From NCBI GenBank assembly GCA_026025795.1, contig JAPEUG010000002.1, forward strand, positions 62,001 through 126,000: 64,000 nucleotides of DNA, given 5' to 3'. The number at the start of each line of letters is the position of its first letter. Position 1 is the stretch's first letter. The notes under the pieces are model-generated. The model worked only from the letters and a program-made list of their open reading frames with translations. It did not search any database and was not told the origin of the DNA. This document shows positions 36,416 to 47,946 of this stretch, piece after piece. The position numbers and the translations under genes are program-made. This DNA is from Thelocarpon superellum. Its lineage: Eukaryota.

Positions 36416-38297
36416 ATGAACGAGGCAGCATCGACCGACATGGCTGAGGCCTTTGAACATCCTGAGGGTGGTCAGCACCACCACCACCCCCACCACCCCC
36501 AACATGTCGCTGGCTCTGCCACGCCCTCCGACCTCAAGCCCGGCTCCGAGACTGGCTCGACCGCCGGCCACACCCCGCCCAACGGGATCACGGATGATGG
36601 TCTTGCGGAAAAGGGAGCACCGGTTCCCGAGGCTGAAGGGCCAGTGCGGACCGTCTCAGGATTTACGTGGATCGTCGTCGTCATTGCCATTCTGTCGTCC
36701 ACCTTCCTCTTCGCCCTGGACAACACCATCGTGGCCGACGTCCAGCCCAGTATCGTCCACACCTTTGGCGAAATCGATAAGCTGCCGTGGCTTCCCGTCG
36801 CTTTTCTGGTCGCGGCGCTCAGCACCAACTTATTCTGGGGCAAGATCTACAGTCAATTCAACGCGAAGTGGCTCTACATCCTTACCACGCTATTCTTCGA
36901 AGGTGGATCGGCCATGTGTGGCGGGGCCAATTCGATGAATACGCTCATCGGTGGACGTGTGCTCGCTGGACTGGGCGGTGCCGGAATGTAAGAGGCAGTG
37001 AATGAAATGAGTCAGTTGCTCGGAAGTGCTAACGCTCGAGGCAGGTACGTTGGCGTGATGACGCTCCTCAGCACCAATACCACTGAACGCGAGCGGCCAA
37101 CGTATATTGGCTTCACCGGTCTCACGTGGGGAGCCGGGACAGTGCTCGGACCGATCATCGGTGGCGCCTTTGCTGACAGCAGCGCCACATGGCGTTGGGC
37201 ATTTTACATCAACGTAAGTTGCTTCGCGTCCGACGACGATGAAGCCAGAACTGACATGCACCCAGTTGATCATCTTCGCGCTTTGTGCTCCGGTCTATGT
37301 CTTCCTCCTGCCCAGCAAGGATCCTCGTCCCGGCGTGCCGATCAAGAATCGCCTGGCCGAGATTGATTTCGTCGGGACCATTCTGGTCGTTGGAGCCTTC
37401 GTGTCGGGCGTCATGGCCGTCAGCTTCGGCGGGATCGTGTACTCGTGGAACTCGGGCCAGACCATCGGGCTCTTTGTGTGTTCCGCGGTGCTCTTCATCC
37501 TCTTTGCCGTCCAGCAGGGCCTCAGCATCCTCACGACCCCAGAACGCCGTCTCTTCCCGGTGCACTTCCTCTTCAGCAAGATCATGGTGATCCTCTTCGT
37601 CCAATGCTCGTGCGCCGTGACGGCCATTTTCGTGCCCATCTACTTTATCCCCTTGCTCTTCTCCTTCACCCGGGGCGACACGGCGCTCGATTCGGGTGTT
37701 CGTCTCCTTCCCTTCATCTGCCTGATGGTCTTCTTCGTTATTCTCAACGGCGGGATGATGTCGGCCTTTGGATACTACACGCCATGGTACATCTGGGGCG
37801 GAGCGTTGGTGGTGATTGGAGCGTCGCTGATGTACACGGTGGACGAATTTACGTCGACCTCGCGCATCTACGGCTACCTTGTCCTGCTGGGCATCGGCGC
37901 AGGTTCATACGGTCAAGCCTCCTTTTCCGTGGCACAAGCCAAGGTACCCAAGGCCGAAATCCCGCTCGCCATCGGATACATTTCGCTGGCGCAGATCGGC
38001 GGCGCCACCATCGCTCTCGCCATCGCTAACAGCGTCTTCCTGAACCAAGCGACCAACGGCATCCTGACTCTGCTGCCCGGCACGCCCTTAGCCGAGGTGC
38101 AGGGCGCGATTGCCGGCACGGGCTCGAGCTTCTTCAACAACCTGAAGCCCGACGTCAAGACGCAGGTCCTCGGCGTCATCACCGCGGCGATTGGAAAGAA
38201 TTACATCTTGTCCATTGTCGCCGGCTCGCTCACTTTGGTCCTGACGCCATTCATGAGTTTTGAGAAACTCTTCCTTGCGGCTGGTGCGGCGGGTTAA
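36416..38297 (+). CDS. MFS drug:H+ antiporter, DHA2/14-TMS family (toxin/secondary-metabolite efflux type; 3 exons)
   Basis: FLFALDNTIVADVQP, WGKIYSQF, GSAMCGGA..MNTLIGGRVLAGLGGAG, GTVLGPIIGGAF..TWRWAFYIN and many TM helices. Introns near 36988 and 37214. TATA-like TTATAAG near 36196. Confidence 0.9.
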
Positions 38298-38510
38298 GCC
38301 GGATCTCTACGTTACTCTCCTCGGCTGTCGAGGATTTGCGGGTCTCGTCGTTGGATCCGTTGGACTGTGCAGATCCGTCATCACCACTACATATCATGAT
38401 CAGATCTACGATAGATACATTGAGACAGTCTAGAGTCAGGAATCTTGCATGTGGGTTGGAACGGAATGGAATGGTCTGGACGGGTCTGATTACGGTCAAG
38501 TTGTTTCAAG

Positions 38511-38535
38511 TCATGTCATGTCATGTCATGTCACG
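38511..38535 (+). repeat. (TCATG)n pentamer microsatellite
   Basis: tcatgtcatgtcatgtcatgtcacg. Confidence 0.8.
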
Positions 38536-39052
38536 CCATGTTTGATTCGATCTGGCCTGGTCATGTACTCGGCGGTGACTAGTGCATTCGGAACCGCTGC
38601 ATAGATATCCCCTCGGTTGCATATTCATACGTCCCATACAACTACGTCCGCGTCTGTCCACCGTGCGCGACTGACTGGATGAATCTTGACACGGAAGTGA
38701 ATATGACACTTTTTGCCACAACGATAAGCACGGTCGAGGTAAAAACAATCCGAGTGTATCGGCGAGTCGAAAGAGTGTGTTGGCATGGATTGTACCTAAC
38801 GTGAGGCGGAAGGAGATAGAAGAAGAGAGAAGGACAGTGGTATAGAGATCGCTTGATCGTTCAAACCCAGCCCAACCAACCCAACAAAACAGGCCTGATG
38901 AATCGAGAATCAAAAAGGTCCGTTGCAAGCAATGCTCGCTCGACTTGGTAAGACGGAGAGACCGCCCCGCAGCTTACCTCGAACGCCATCATGCTCCATC
39001 ATGCTCCATGCTCACTGGACTGATCAATCAATCAAAGCTAAGGTTTTCCAGG

Positions 39053-39910
39053 CTAAGAGCCAGTGCTGGAACAGCCGGAAGCGGTGCCGGCTGCACCATT
39101 CTTGGAGCAGTAGCTGGTGGGACAAGCCCACGTAGACCCCGAGCTGCCGGCCTGGCACGTGTTGAAGGACGAAGCAAGCACGATGTACGTGTCCCCGAGA
39201 CAGGTCACTTGGAAGGTCGTCGTGGATTGCGGCACCGCGTCGATTTCACACGTCCCGCTCGTGACGCCCGACCCGTTGCAGCTGGAGTTCGGCGCGTTGG
39301 CGGTACATGAGCTGCCACCGCTGCTGCCGCCGCTGCCGCCGCTGTTGCCGGGTGGCGAGGTTGAAGAACCACCACCAGTCACGATGACGCCGCCGTCTTG
39401 TCCTGTGCTGGTGCTGTTGCTGGCGCTGACGCCGAGAGATCCAGTGGTCGCGTTGGCAGGGCCTCCACTGCTAGAGCCGCCACTGCCCGCACCACCGCTG
39501 CTAGACGACGTAAACGCGGGGTTGTTCGTGGCCTGTCCCTGGGCGACGAAACTGCCCTGGGAGTTGGTGCACCCTTGTTGGAACGGGCATACGCCGGGAA
39601 AGATCCAGTGGACGGGTGCAGACCCTCCGCTGCCACCACCACCACTACCACCGCCTTGGACACCCTGACCTGGTTGGCTCCCTTGGCCTCCTTGGCCCCC
39701 TTGGCCTGCGGAACCACCGTTATCCTGCTCAATGGTGTCTCCAGTGCCATCATTGGAGGAACATGATGAGCCAACTCCCGTATGGGTACAGCCGCTGCTG
39801 ACTTCGACGCTCTGCGGGCGAGGAAGTAGGGTCAGGTCCCGAGTACTCCCAGCGAGAAAAGGGACCGCAGTGGCGCTGTAGGCCAACAAGGCGACGACGA
39901 GTAACTTCAT
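39053..39910 (-). CDS. Secreted Gly/Ser/Thr/Cys-rich protein (about 285 aa), single exon
   Basis: Signal peptide MKLLVVALLAYSATAVP at ATG 39910, GQGGQG and GGSGG linkers, about 12 Cys with 8 in the C-terminal ~90 aa, TATA-like CTATAAG near 40050 on the minus strand. Confidence 0.8.
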   Translation of the reverse strand: MKLLVVALLAYSATAVPFLAGSTRDLTLLPRPQSVEVSSGCTHTGVGSSCSSNDGTGDTIEQDNGGSAGQGGQGGQGSQPGQGVQGGGSGGGGSGGSAPVHWIFPGVCPFQQGCTNSQGSFVAQGQATNNPAFTSSSSGGAGSGGSSSGGPANATTGSLGVSASNSTSTGQDGGVIVTGGGSSTSPPGNSGGSGGSSGGSSCTANAPNSSCNGSGVTSGTCEIDAVPQSTTTFQVTCLGDTYIVLASSFNTCQAGSSGSTWACPTSYCSKNGAAGTASGCSSTGS

Positions 39911-40699
39911 AGCGAGACAAGCATCAGATCGAACAACACGCGTGGTAGAAAGATGGAAGCGGATCAGTCCGCGTTGCGTGGCGGGCAAGAAAAGAATCGG
40001 ATGATTTGTCGAGGAAACCTTACAACCTCCGAGCAGAGAAGCGCAGTCTTATAGAGCTTCCTCATGTGAGGTGCCATCAGACCTCGCGCCGTACTTGCAA
40101 CATACAGCATTGCAAACCGAAACAAATATAGCGCACAAATGAGCGAATAGAGACCGGCAAGGGTAGAGAGCGGTTGTGCATGAGCTATGACAATGGAGCG
40201 ACGACTTAAGAGTTGCACCATACATACTCCATACGCTATGCGAAACATGACACCCGGCTCGGGTTTGTTTCGTTTCCCTTTTGGTGCCGCGCAGGTATGG
40301 CACACACAAATGACGTGGAATTGCGCATAGATGAGGAAAAGGTTGGGATCTTCCGCCAGGTGTCAATGCAGTGCGTTGAGCTCGATGCTGCAGTAACATA
40401 CACGCACATTTCTGCGGAAAGTCCGCGGACGCTAAGTGGACATGTTTCGACTTGCCAGAGTACGTCGGCTGAGCCACCAGGTCTGCTGTGGGCTGAACCG
40501 GCCATGGCGTCGCGGGCGAGCAATGCACCTGATGTCTATGAGGATAATCAGAGCAGGATCAATGTGGCTCAAGGCATCGTTGCGACCTTGCAAGACTGTG
40601 TGGTACAATAGGATTTGGCTGTGCAAGGTGGGGCGAGACTAGCCGAGCCCCCGTGCCGGATGAGCACGAGGACGAAGGAGTTGCCTGTACGTGTTGGAC

Positions 40700-40853
40700 G
40701 ATGACATAATCAGCAGTTGGTCATGGAAGGTGGAACAGGAAATGCCGCTTTGTCGGTTCCCGTATAATTAGTATGGGGAGGCCCAAGCAGAGTTTCAATA
40801 GCCAGCCGTAATACTATCTACACTGTGTTATTCCCACTGCGCAACAGTACGCG
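40700..40853. repeat. Dispersed diverged repeat, copy A (homologous to 51087-51252)
   Basis: Shared collinear blocks GATGACAnAATCAG, TGGTCATGG, GGAAATGCYGCTTTG, CCAAGCAGAGTTTCRATAG, GTAATACT and GCAACAG. Confidence 0.75.
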
Positions 40854-41041
40854 GGCTAGCGGCCTCTCCCTTTCCCGTAGGCCCGGTCAGGTAGCCATGT
40901 ACTAGATCACGAGACACAAAACACAACAATCGATCGAAGAAGATATCCCACCGTGACTAATGCTATAAACTCAAGTATCCCTGTGTCCCCCAATATCCCA
41001 GCCATAGCCCCGTCGACACATAATGCACTCGTCCCCTTACA

Positions 41042-42589
41042 TTACGACACCTTTACGAAAGCTACGCCCCCACCCTCGATTAGTCCCCAGCCAAAGCAGC
41101 GTACAGTGGCAGAAACAAGGCCAGCTGGAAGGAAGGGAAAGGAAAGGGAAAAAATAACCCACTGGCGTCAATTTGGCTGACCTGCGGCAACGCAAGTCTG
41201 ATCTTGTTGCGATACAGCACGGCGTGGTCGCGTTGGATCGGGTTCCCCTCGAAATAGACCGTGCTGAGCTTTTTCTTGTCGCGGAGCTGCTTCTCCACCT
41301 CCTCAAAGGAAGAAATGGTATTGTTGGACATCCAGAGTTCCTCTAGCCCGTCCAGATGCGAAAGTCCATCCAGACTCGGGATCGCGTTGTTGGAGATATC
41401 AAGCACGTGGAGTTTGGTCTGCGAGCACGAATGAGATGAGCGGCGAGGGCATGGGTGGCCTAATCACGAACATTATGGTCGAGACCTGAGATCTCTGTCA
41501 GCGCATTATGCGAGATGTATAGTTCTTCGAGGTTGGCCAGCTGGTCCAGCCCTTCGATCTTGCCGATGCGGTTGGATTGGATGGAGAGGATTTTGAGATT
41601 CGTCAGGGGGAAGATGTTCTGTCCGTCGTCAACCCCATGCCCCACATCTGGTGAGCCAGACCGCGACGGCCTACCTTGAGCTCCGTAATCTTGTTCTTGC
41701 CGAGCCATAGCTCCTCTAGACCTGTCAACGTCTCGAGATTCTCCATGTCCTGGTCCGCTCAGTGTCATGCTCGTGCGGGTGTCATGGTGTCCCACTCACC
41801 CGAATCCGATTCGCCGCCAGCTCTAAATTCCTCAGCTTGCTCAACCCCTCCAACCCTTCAATCTTCCCAATCTTATTCTGCACAAAGTACAGGTCTGTCA
41901 GGTTCGTCAGATGGTTGACTCGTTTGATCGTCTTGATCTTATTGAAGCTGAGGTCGAGGCTGGTCAGCGATGTCAGCCCGTCGAGCCCTTGAATATGCGC
42001 GATCACGTTGTCGTAGAGGTCGAGATCTAGGAGCGTCGGACCAAGCGACGTCAGGTGTTCGATGTGATGGATGGTGTTTTGGCGAAGGCAGAGCTTCTGT
42101 CCACGATTGAGTGCGTGCGAGGAAGGCGGGAGGTAGGGGGCATGGAGCACGGACTTGGACTTGGCTGAACCGTTCGAGTCGGAGCGCAGCAATCGACGAG
42201 ACCCGACAATGGACCAGGTCAATTTCCTACACATCTCAGCACGGTCCGTGTTGAATTCATAGTAGCTTGGCTATCGTACATCGGTGTCGGGCGGGTAGTC
42301 ATCCAACAAGTCTTGCCTCATCCATCAGTCAAGCCGTGCGAGGGAGCGGGGAGCATCATCGAAGCCTACCCTCATCGGCCTCCACCACATCTACTGGGGG
42401 CCCTTCGTCGTGCGAGTCCTCCGGGTCCGACGGGCCATCCGGGTTGGTGACCATGGCCCTTCGCTCTACTCGTAGCTTGCCATCCCATCCTTTGCTGTCC
42501 GTGGGCGCTACGCTGGACGGCGTGACGCTGGACGCGGGGTCAGCGCCGTTCCGTTCGTCGGAGGTGGGGGCAGGTGGAGAGTCAGCCAT
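41042..42589 (-). CDS. SDS22: Protein phosphatase 1 regulatory subunit Sds22 (LRR protein; many introns)
   Basis: KGWDGKLRV N-terminal motif. LRRs LCLRQN, LDLYDNVI, LDLSFNKI, LYFVQNKI, LELAANRI, LSIQSNRI, LYISHNAL and LDISNNAI. LRR cap LSTVYFEGNP..YRNKIRLALPQVSQIDA|TFVKVS*. Confidence 0.92.
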
Positions 42590-43587
42590 GATGCAGAGAA
42601 GCGACGATCATCAAGACAGTCGCCGACCGTTGACCGTGGGAGCCCCAGAAATACCAAGAGTCGTTGCGGTACGAGCATAGGTGCTAATGGTGTCCGTGGC
42701 CGATGGAGTCACGCGAGCGCGCGGGGGTCATCGGTCGTCTAACATACGTCAATCCTTCAGGGAGGTCGACGCTGATGTCGCTACCCGAGGGCGACCGCAC
42801 CATGCACCCACCGCGCACCCACCACGCATGCGCCATGTTCAGCCACACTGCGGTGAAGCCAATCGGTGGAACCCAGGCGGCTTCGGACTGGGACGATCGT
42901 GACTCGGCAGGGACCTCAGACTCAGGGTGCGAGCCAACGCATGATGGTGCATTTGAGGTAAGCTATCAGACACGACGCTCGTCTCGTGGGCACGTCGGAG
43001 ATCAGTCTGCATTTGCTGGCATTGTTTATTGCCTCGGGCCTGGCTGGTGCCAAAAGGGACTAATGTGAGCACGCCAGGTGGTGACCTCAGACTCGCTCCC
43101 CACCAAGCGCCTACGTGGTAGTGGCGCACCAAGCGGGGCACCCGTCCCCATCCTCCACCCTCCACCCGAGTCGACGGGACAAAACGTGCAAACGTGCGTG
43201 TACCCACTGGCACACCCATGTGCGACACCTGCATCCACCCTGGCTTCGCCGCGCCCGTTCTGCCCTCTCTCCTCTCCTGGGCCTCCCCGCCCTTCTTCCC
43301 CTCCACCGGGCCGAGACAGGCCCGGACGGCAAACAACGCGAAAACGACCCTGGTGGCCCTGTGCCAGTGGCCTGCTGCTTGTGGCTTGTGACCCAACATT
43401 GCCAACATGTCCAAGGAGATGGAAATGAAACCGGGCTTTTCGGCTGTCCAAGCTCGATGCCTCGCCATGCAAATCGCAGGGAAAAGGTAAGCATACAATC
43501 TAACGAGTCGATGGGAACGGCAAACTCCAGTCGCTGGAATGCTGAAAAGTCACGCCGGCCGCCGCGTTGCTCCACTGCGCCTCCGCT

Positions 43588-45619
43588 TCACGTGCCGACG
43601 TCGAGGACGAGGCTCACGTCCGTCACACGGGGTCCTGCCAGATCCTCCAGCACCGGGATCAGATCGAGGAGCTCGTTGTCGTGCGCGTCCGAGAACCAGC
43701 TGCTGATGGGCACGGCATGCTGGGGGTGGAAGATGTACGACGTCGGCGAGTTGTCGATGATGATGGTTTGCCGGAGATCACGCCCGATCTGAGAGAGGTC
43801 CTGGGGGAGGGTTAGCAAGGCGCGTTCCGCCCCCGGGGGAAACGACATTGGAACCAACGAACCTTGACGTAGTTGCCTTGGTGATTGTAGCAGCTTTCGC
43901 GGAAAAGTCGATGGTGCACCACATGATGAATATCAAGTTGGTCCAAGAGCGGGTCGCCGTACTATACGCCGAGTCAATCCTGCCGCCGCGGCATGCAGGC
44001 GACGTGACTCGAGACTCACCTTGGAGACTGAGGCCGTAAAGACCACCACCTCGTACAGCTCGCCGACGCGCTTCATGAACTGATCAACCCCAGGCCGCTT
44101 GATGACGTAGACGTTGTGAAACTGGCCCTCGATCTCGACTGGGATGGTGAAGTCCGCTTGATGTAGGATCTGAAGAGCGGCGTCAGTCAGGGATTGGAGG
44201 GAGCATCCGCCGTCAGCCTACCTTGAAGCTGCTGTGCACCAGCGTCTCATCCAGATCTAGCACCAGGCACTTTTTCCCATGAAACCGAGGCTGCAAGGGC
44301 GGCAAGAGCCACTGCTGCTTCTCGTGCATCGGGTTCGTGATGAGTGACTGCGGGCGGGCGGAGGCGGGTGACGGCGGGATGGTTGCACGAGCCACGGCGG
44401 GTGGCGGAGGGAGCTCCGAGCCCTCGGCCGCAGCCCGGGCGTTGGGGTTGGGAGGCGTGACGTCCCGCATCTCGATGTCTTCGGTCGGCCGTGATGAGGT
44501 GGCGTGTGTGGATTCACGTGGAGTATGTGGCTGTGGCGTCACCGCGGAATCCGCTCCGGTGATCGTAGCGTCGGTCGACGGCGCTGCACCGGCGGCGGAC
44601 CGACCCACGGTCTCTGCATGCGCGGACGGTGTGTGCAGTGGGAGCCCGTCCTCACCCCGACACTCGCGCGCCGCACCTGATGTCCCTGGCTTGGGCTCGG
44701 CAAGACCACCGGCATTTTCGAGGGGCTGGCTTGTGGAGCTAAGATCCGTGTTCTCCGAATCTCGCAGGTTGTCCAGCTTCTCATCCGCCGCCCCACCTGA
44801 CACGGAAGCTTTTGCTTCGGGCTTGGGTAGCGGCGTCGACTGACGACCCCTACGCCCGACAAGGAAGCGGCTGGCCTTCTTCGGCGGCACCGCAAATCCC
44901 TCGGCATCCACCTCGTTGGCCTGGCTGGGGAAGGCGCAACAGCTCAAGATGGTAAAGAAGCGCGAGAATCCTGGTCGCTTGGTCTCTTCCACCCCTCCCG
45001 CCGTGGCGGCCTCAGCTTCAGGTCGGGGCGCAGCCACGTCGGCGGCCGGCGCGCGATGCGCCAGCATCGACTGTCGACTGCTGGCGGCGCTGCCTCTCCG
45101 TCGCTTCCCCGATAGGCTCCCCATCGACGAGCGGCGAGGGGCCTCGGATGGATCACTTGCGGTGGCGCCCGTCAAGGCGACCGTGGACGGCGTGTTTGGG
45201 TCAGGATGGAGTGTCGGCGGGGTGGAGGTATCGAGGGTAGAGACCTCCTCTCGGGAAGGCGCGTCGGCGGCGCTCCGACTCGTCGACGCATTCTGGACAG
45301 CGTCGGACGAGCCGTGGCCGATTGAAGACGTTCGGGCAGGGGCAGAGGGCAAGGACGCGGGATCGCTTGGGCCAGGGTCGAGTCGGGAGGCATATGCTTT
45401 GTCTGGGAACTGTGAGTCGCGTGGAAGCACGGAGAGGATCGCACGGTCGATCCTCTCGGTGCCGCACAGGGTAGAGGAGGACCTACTTGGGATAGCACCG
45501 GTTGCTGCGGCCGATGTCGCGGTGGAGGCGTCGGTGGTCGGTCCGTTAGGAAGGCCTGAGTTGGGGAAGGTCGTCGGCGCCAACTCCTCTCCCACGGCGC
45601 TTCCACCGTCGCGGCTCAT
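43588..45619 (-). CDS. PSR1: Plasma-membrane small CTD-like HAD phosphatase Psr1/Psr2 (multi-exon)
   Basis: [88 protein letters not shown], plus internal FFTILSCC (putative palmitoylation site). Confidence 0.9.
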
Positions 45620-47946
45620 GGGGAGCGACGGTCGGCCCTCCGAAAGGCTGAGGGGGGAATTGAGAGCGACCACAACAAGGGATGGTCGGTCGTGATGGCA
45701 ATGAAAGCGTGATGCGATGGGGCGGTGGAGGTGTGGGTCCCTGCGCGTAACAGGCGCGCCTCAAATGTCCGGAGAGAGCGCGCAAGCGGCGGGCGCCAAT
45801 TGAAGAACCTCCTGGCGGCAGCAGAGCGAGGAACGCGCGATCGATACGCTCACGAGGCTCTTCGTTTCGAGATGTTCCGGGCGAGGAGGCGCGGATCGCG
45901 ATGATCGCCGCCAAGGTTGGATAGGAAGCTGGAGGAAGGTTGGGGGCCAGCAGGCGACGGCTGAGACCGTCAACGTTAGGATAAAAGTCGGGGGCGGAAG
46001 GCGCAGGTCACGGTCGTTCGGATGCGACCGTGGCGGTCCAAGCGAGACAGGCGCTCTGTGGGGGAAAAGGGCGGCGGAAGCAGTGGAGCTCGAGCATCAT
46101 CCGGGGGCCAGGAGCAGGACAAGAGGTGATGGAGGTTGAGCAAAGGCACAGAGGAGATGGACGACGCGATTGTCGCAATGGTCCAAGTCCCGATGGTACC
46201 GGGCCTGGGTGCCCTGGACTGCGTGACCGGGCAGGCCTCCAGTGGATGCTAGCTATTGGTGGGTCGTCGGGAGGCATGTTGGTGCCGGGCGGCGGAGGAG
46301 TCCTCCGTAGGGTCCTGGTACGAATACTCGCGGGCCGGGCGCCGCAAACCGCCCGCCGCCCATCGCCCACCGCACGCTTCGGACCTCGTACCTTCCCACC
46401 CACACAGCCTTGTTGGGTACCGAGGACGGACTCGTCCCGGTCTGGTATGGTACGCACTGGGACGGTGCTTGGGGAGGCACGGAGGCCCTTGGACCACTGC
46501 AGTGTGGGTGAGGGATGCGAGGCGGGCGGGTAAAATGGGCTCGCCAAAGGCCCATTGACCATGTCCGACCCATCGACTGGATTACCACCCATCCACCACC
46601 GTTCACCGTTCTTCCACTGTCCCTCCACCGTCGCGGTTCGTCACGCGCGCCGCACACGAGTCCATCACACCATGTCCGCACGCTACCAGCATTGGGTACG
46701 ATCGGACAGGTCAGAATCTTGCCCAGCCCATGGCCAGGGGAGCATCATTGGAGCGCGGCCTAGCCACGGCGGTGGCCTGATTGGGCCGGGGACGTGCCGG
46801 TCCCAAGGGTCGGAGCCAATCAGCATGCCCCGTGGCACCCTAACGAATCTCCAGATCTGCCTCCACTACCAAGTGTCCAGGCGAGGTTCGAAGTAGTAGC
46901 TGTAGTGGTAGTCAATAGTTCAAGTAGTCGTAAGGAGGCGAAGTCCTGACCACCTGGTCCCTTGGTCAACGCCCCAGTTCTTTCCTGTCGTCCGGGCTGG
47001 GTCGTTGACTGACTTTGAACCTCTTCTTTGACACATGAGACAGACGGGGTCAGAGGCGGCTGGTTGCACCTCTGGGTCATGGAGACGAGAGAAGTCTGCG
47101 AGACATTTCAAGCCAAGAGCCCAAGTTCCAACTTCCGCGTTCCGCGTTCCCCCACATCTACAGGGAGTGCCCTGCAGCGTGGACGGGGCTTCCGCCGCGG
47201 GACATCTCGCGGCTGGGGGATGACTACCCGTCTGCGTGTGGGTAGCCTTTGCGGTACAAGTACCCTACCGTACCATACTAGATGCGCCATCCAGCAAGCC
47301 ACGACGGCGCCGCCGCTGGCTCAGACGAGCATCCCAGGATGTATGCTGTCCCGTACTACTCCACCAAACTGTCCGACGCCACCCGAGCACATAGCGGCGC
47401 AAACGTAGGGTTGCCGGCTGCTACGGCCGTGGCGGCTGTAGACCAGGCCAAGGGCACGATCGCGGGCAAGACCGTTGGGGGCTGCGGTGAGATATGAAGG
47501 AGTGCTCCAGGGCATTTATACCCATCACTCACCTCGGTCTCCGCAACTCTTCTCCGTAAGATGATAATGGTCGAGTGCAACCGACGACGACCGGAGACAA
47601 TCTCGAGAGCCTTTGGTGCATGGGCGTCAGGTGATCCCCGCCGAGTGTGGGGGATTCGAGGCGTTGTGGGACTAGCCCAAGAGATCCGGTGGCGGGACGG
47701 AAGTAGAGGCGACCAGGCGGAAGGGCCGCGGTTGTTTCACATGCGATCAGGTCCGTTCCCATCGTCCACGTCCACGTCGAATTCGTATCTTCAGCTTCAC
47801 CTCGACCATCAGAAGCTATACCCATTGAGCTGCGTTAATACAGATCTCCAACGTCGAGGGCCTGATCAACTCCGACCGGCTCCGACCGACTGATGGAGGT
47901 CGATGCTCGTGGCCAACGGTGTGCGCAACGCCTCTGATCGGCCTCG

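Noticed and set aside
36416..38297. MFS pump as a marker of a secondary-metabolite gene cluster
   Set aside because: No PKS, NRPS, terpene synthase, tailoring enzyme or Zn2Cys6 regulator nearby in this window.
45700..47900. Multiple 60-200 aa ORFs between PSR1 and PXA1
   Set aside because: GC-rich divergent promoter/5'-UTR region, and the ORFs are Arg/Pro/Gly-rich noise.
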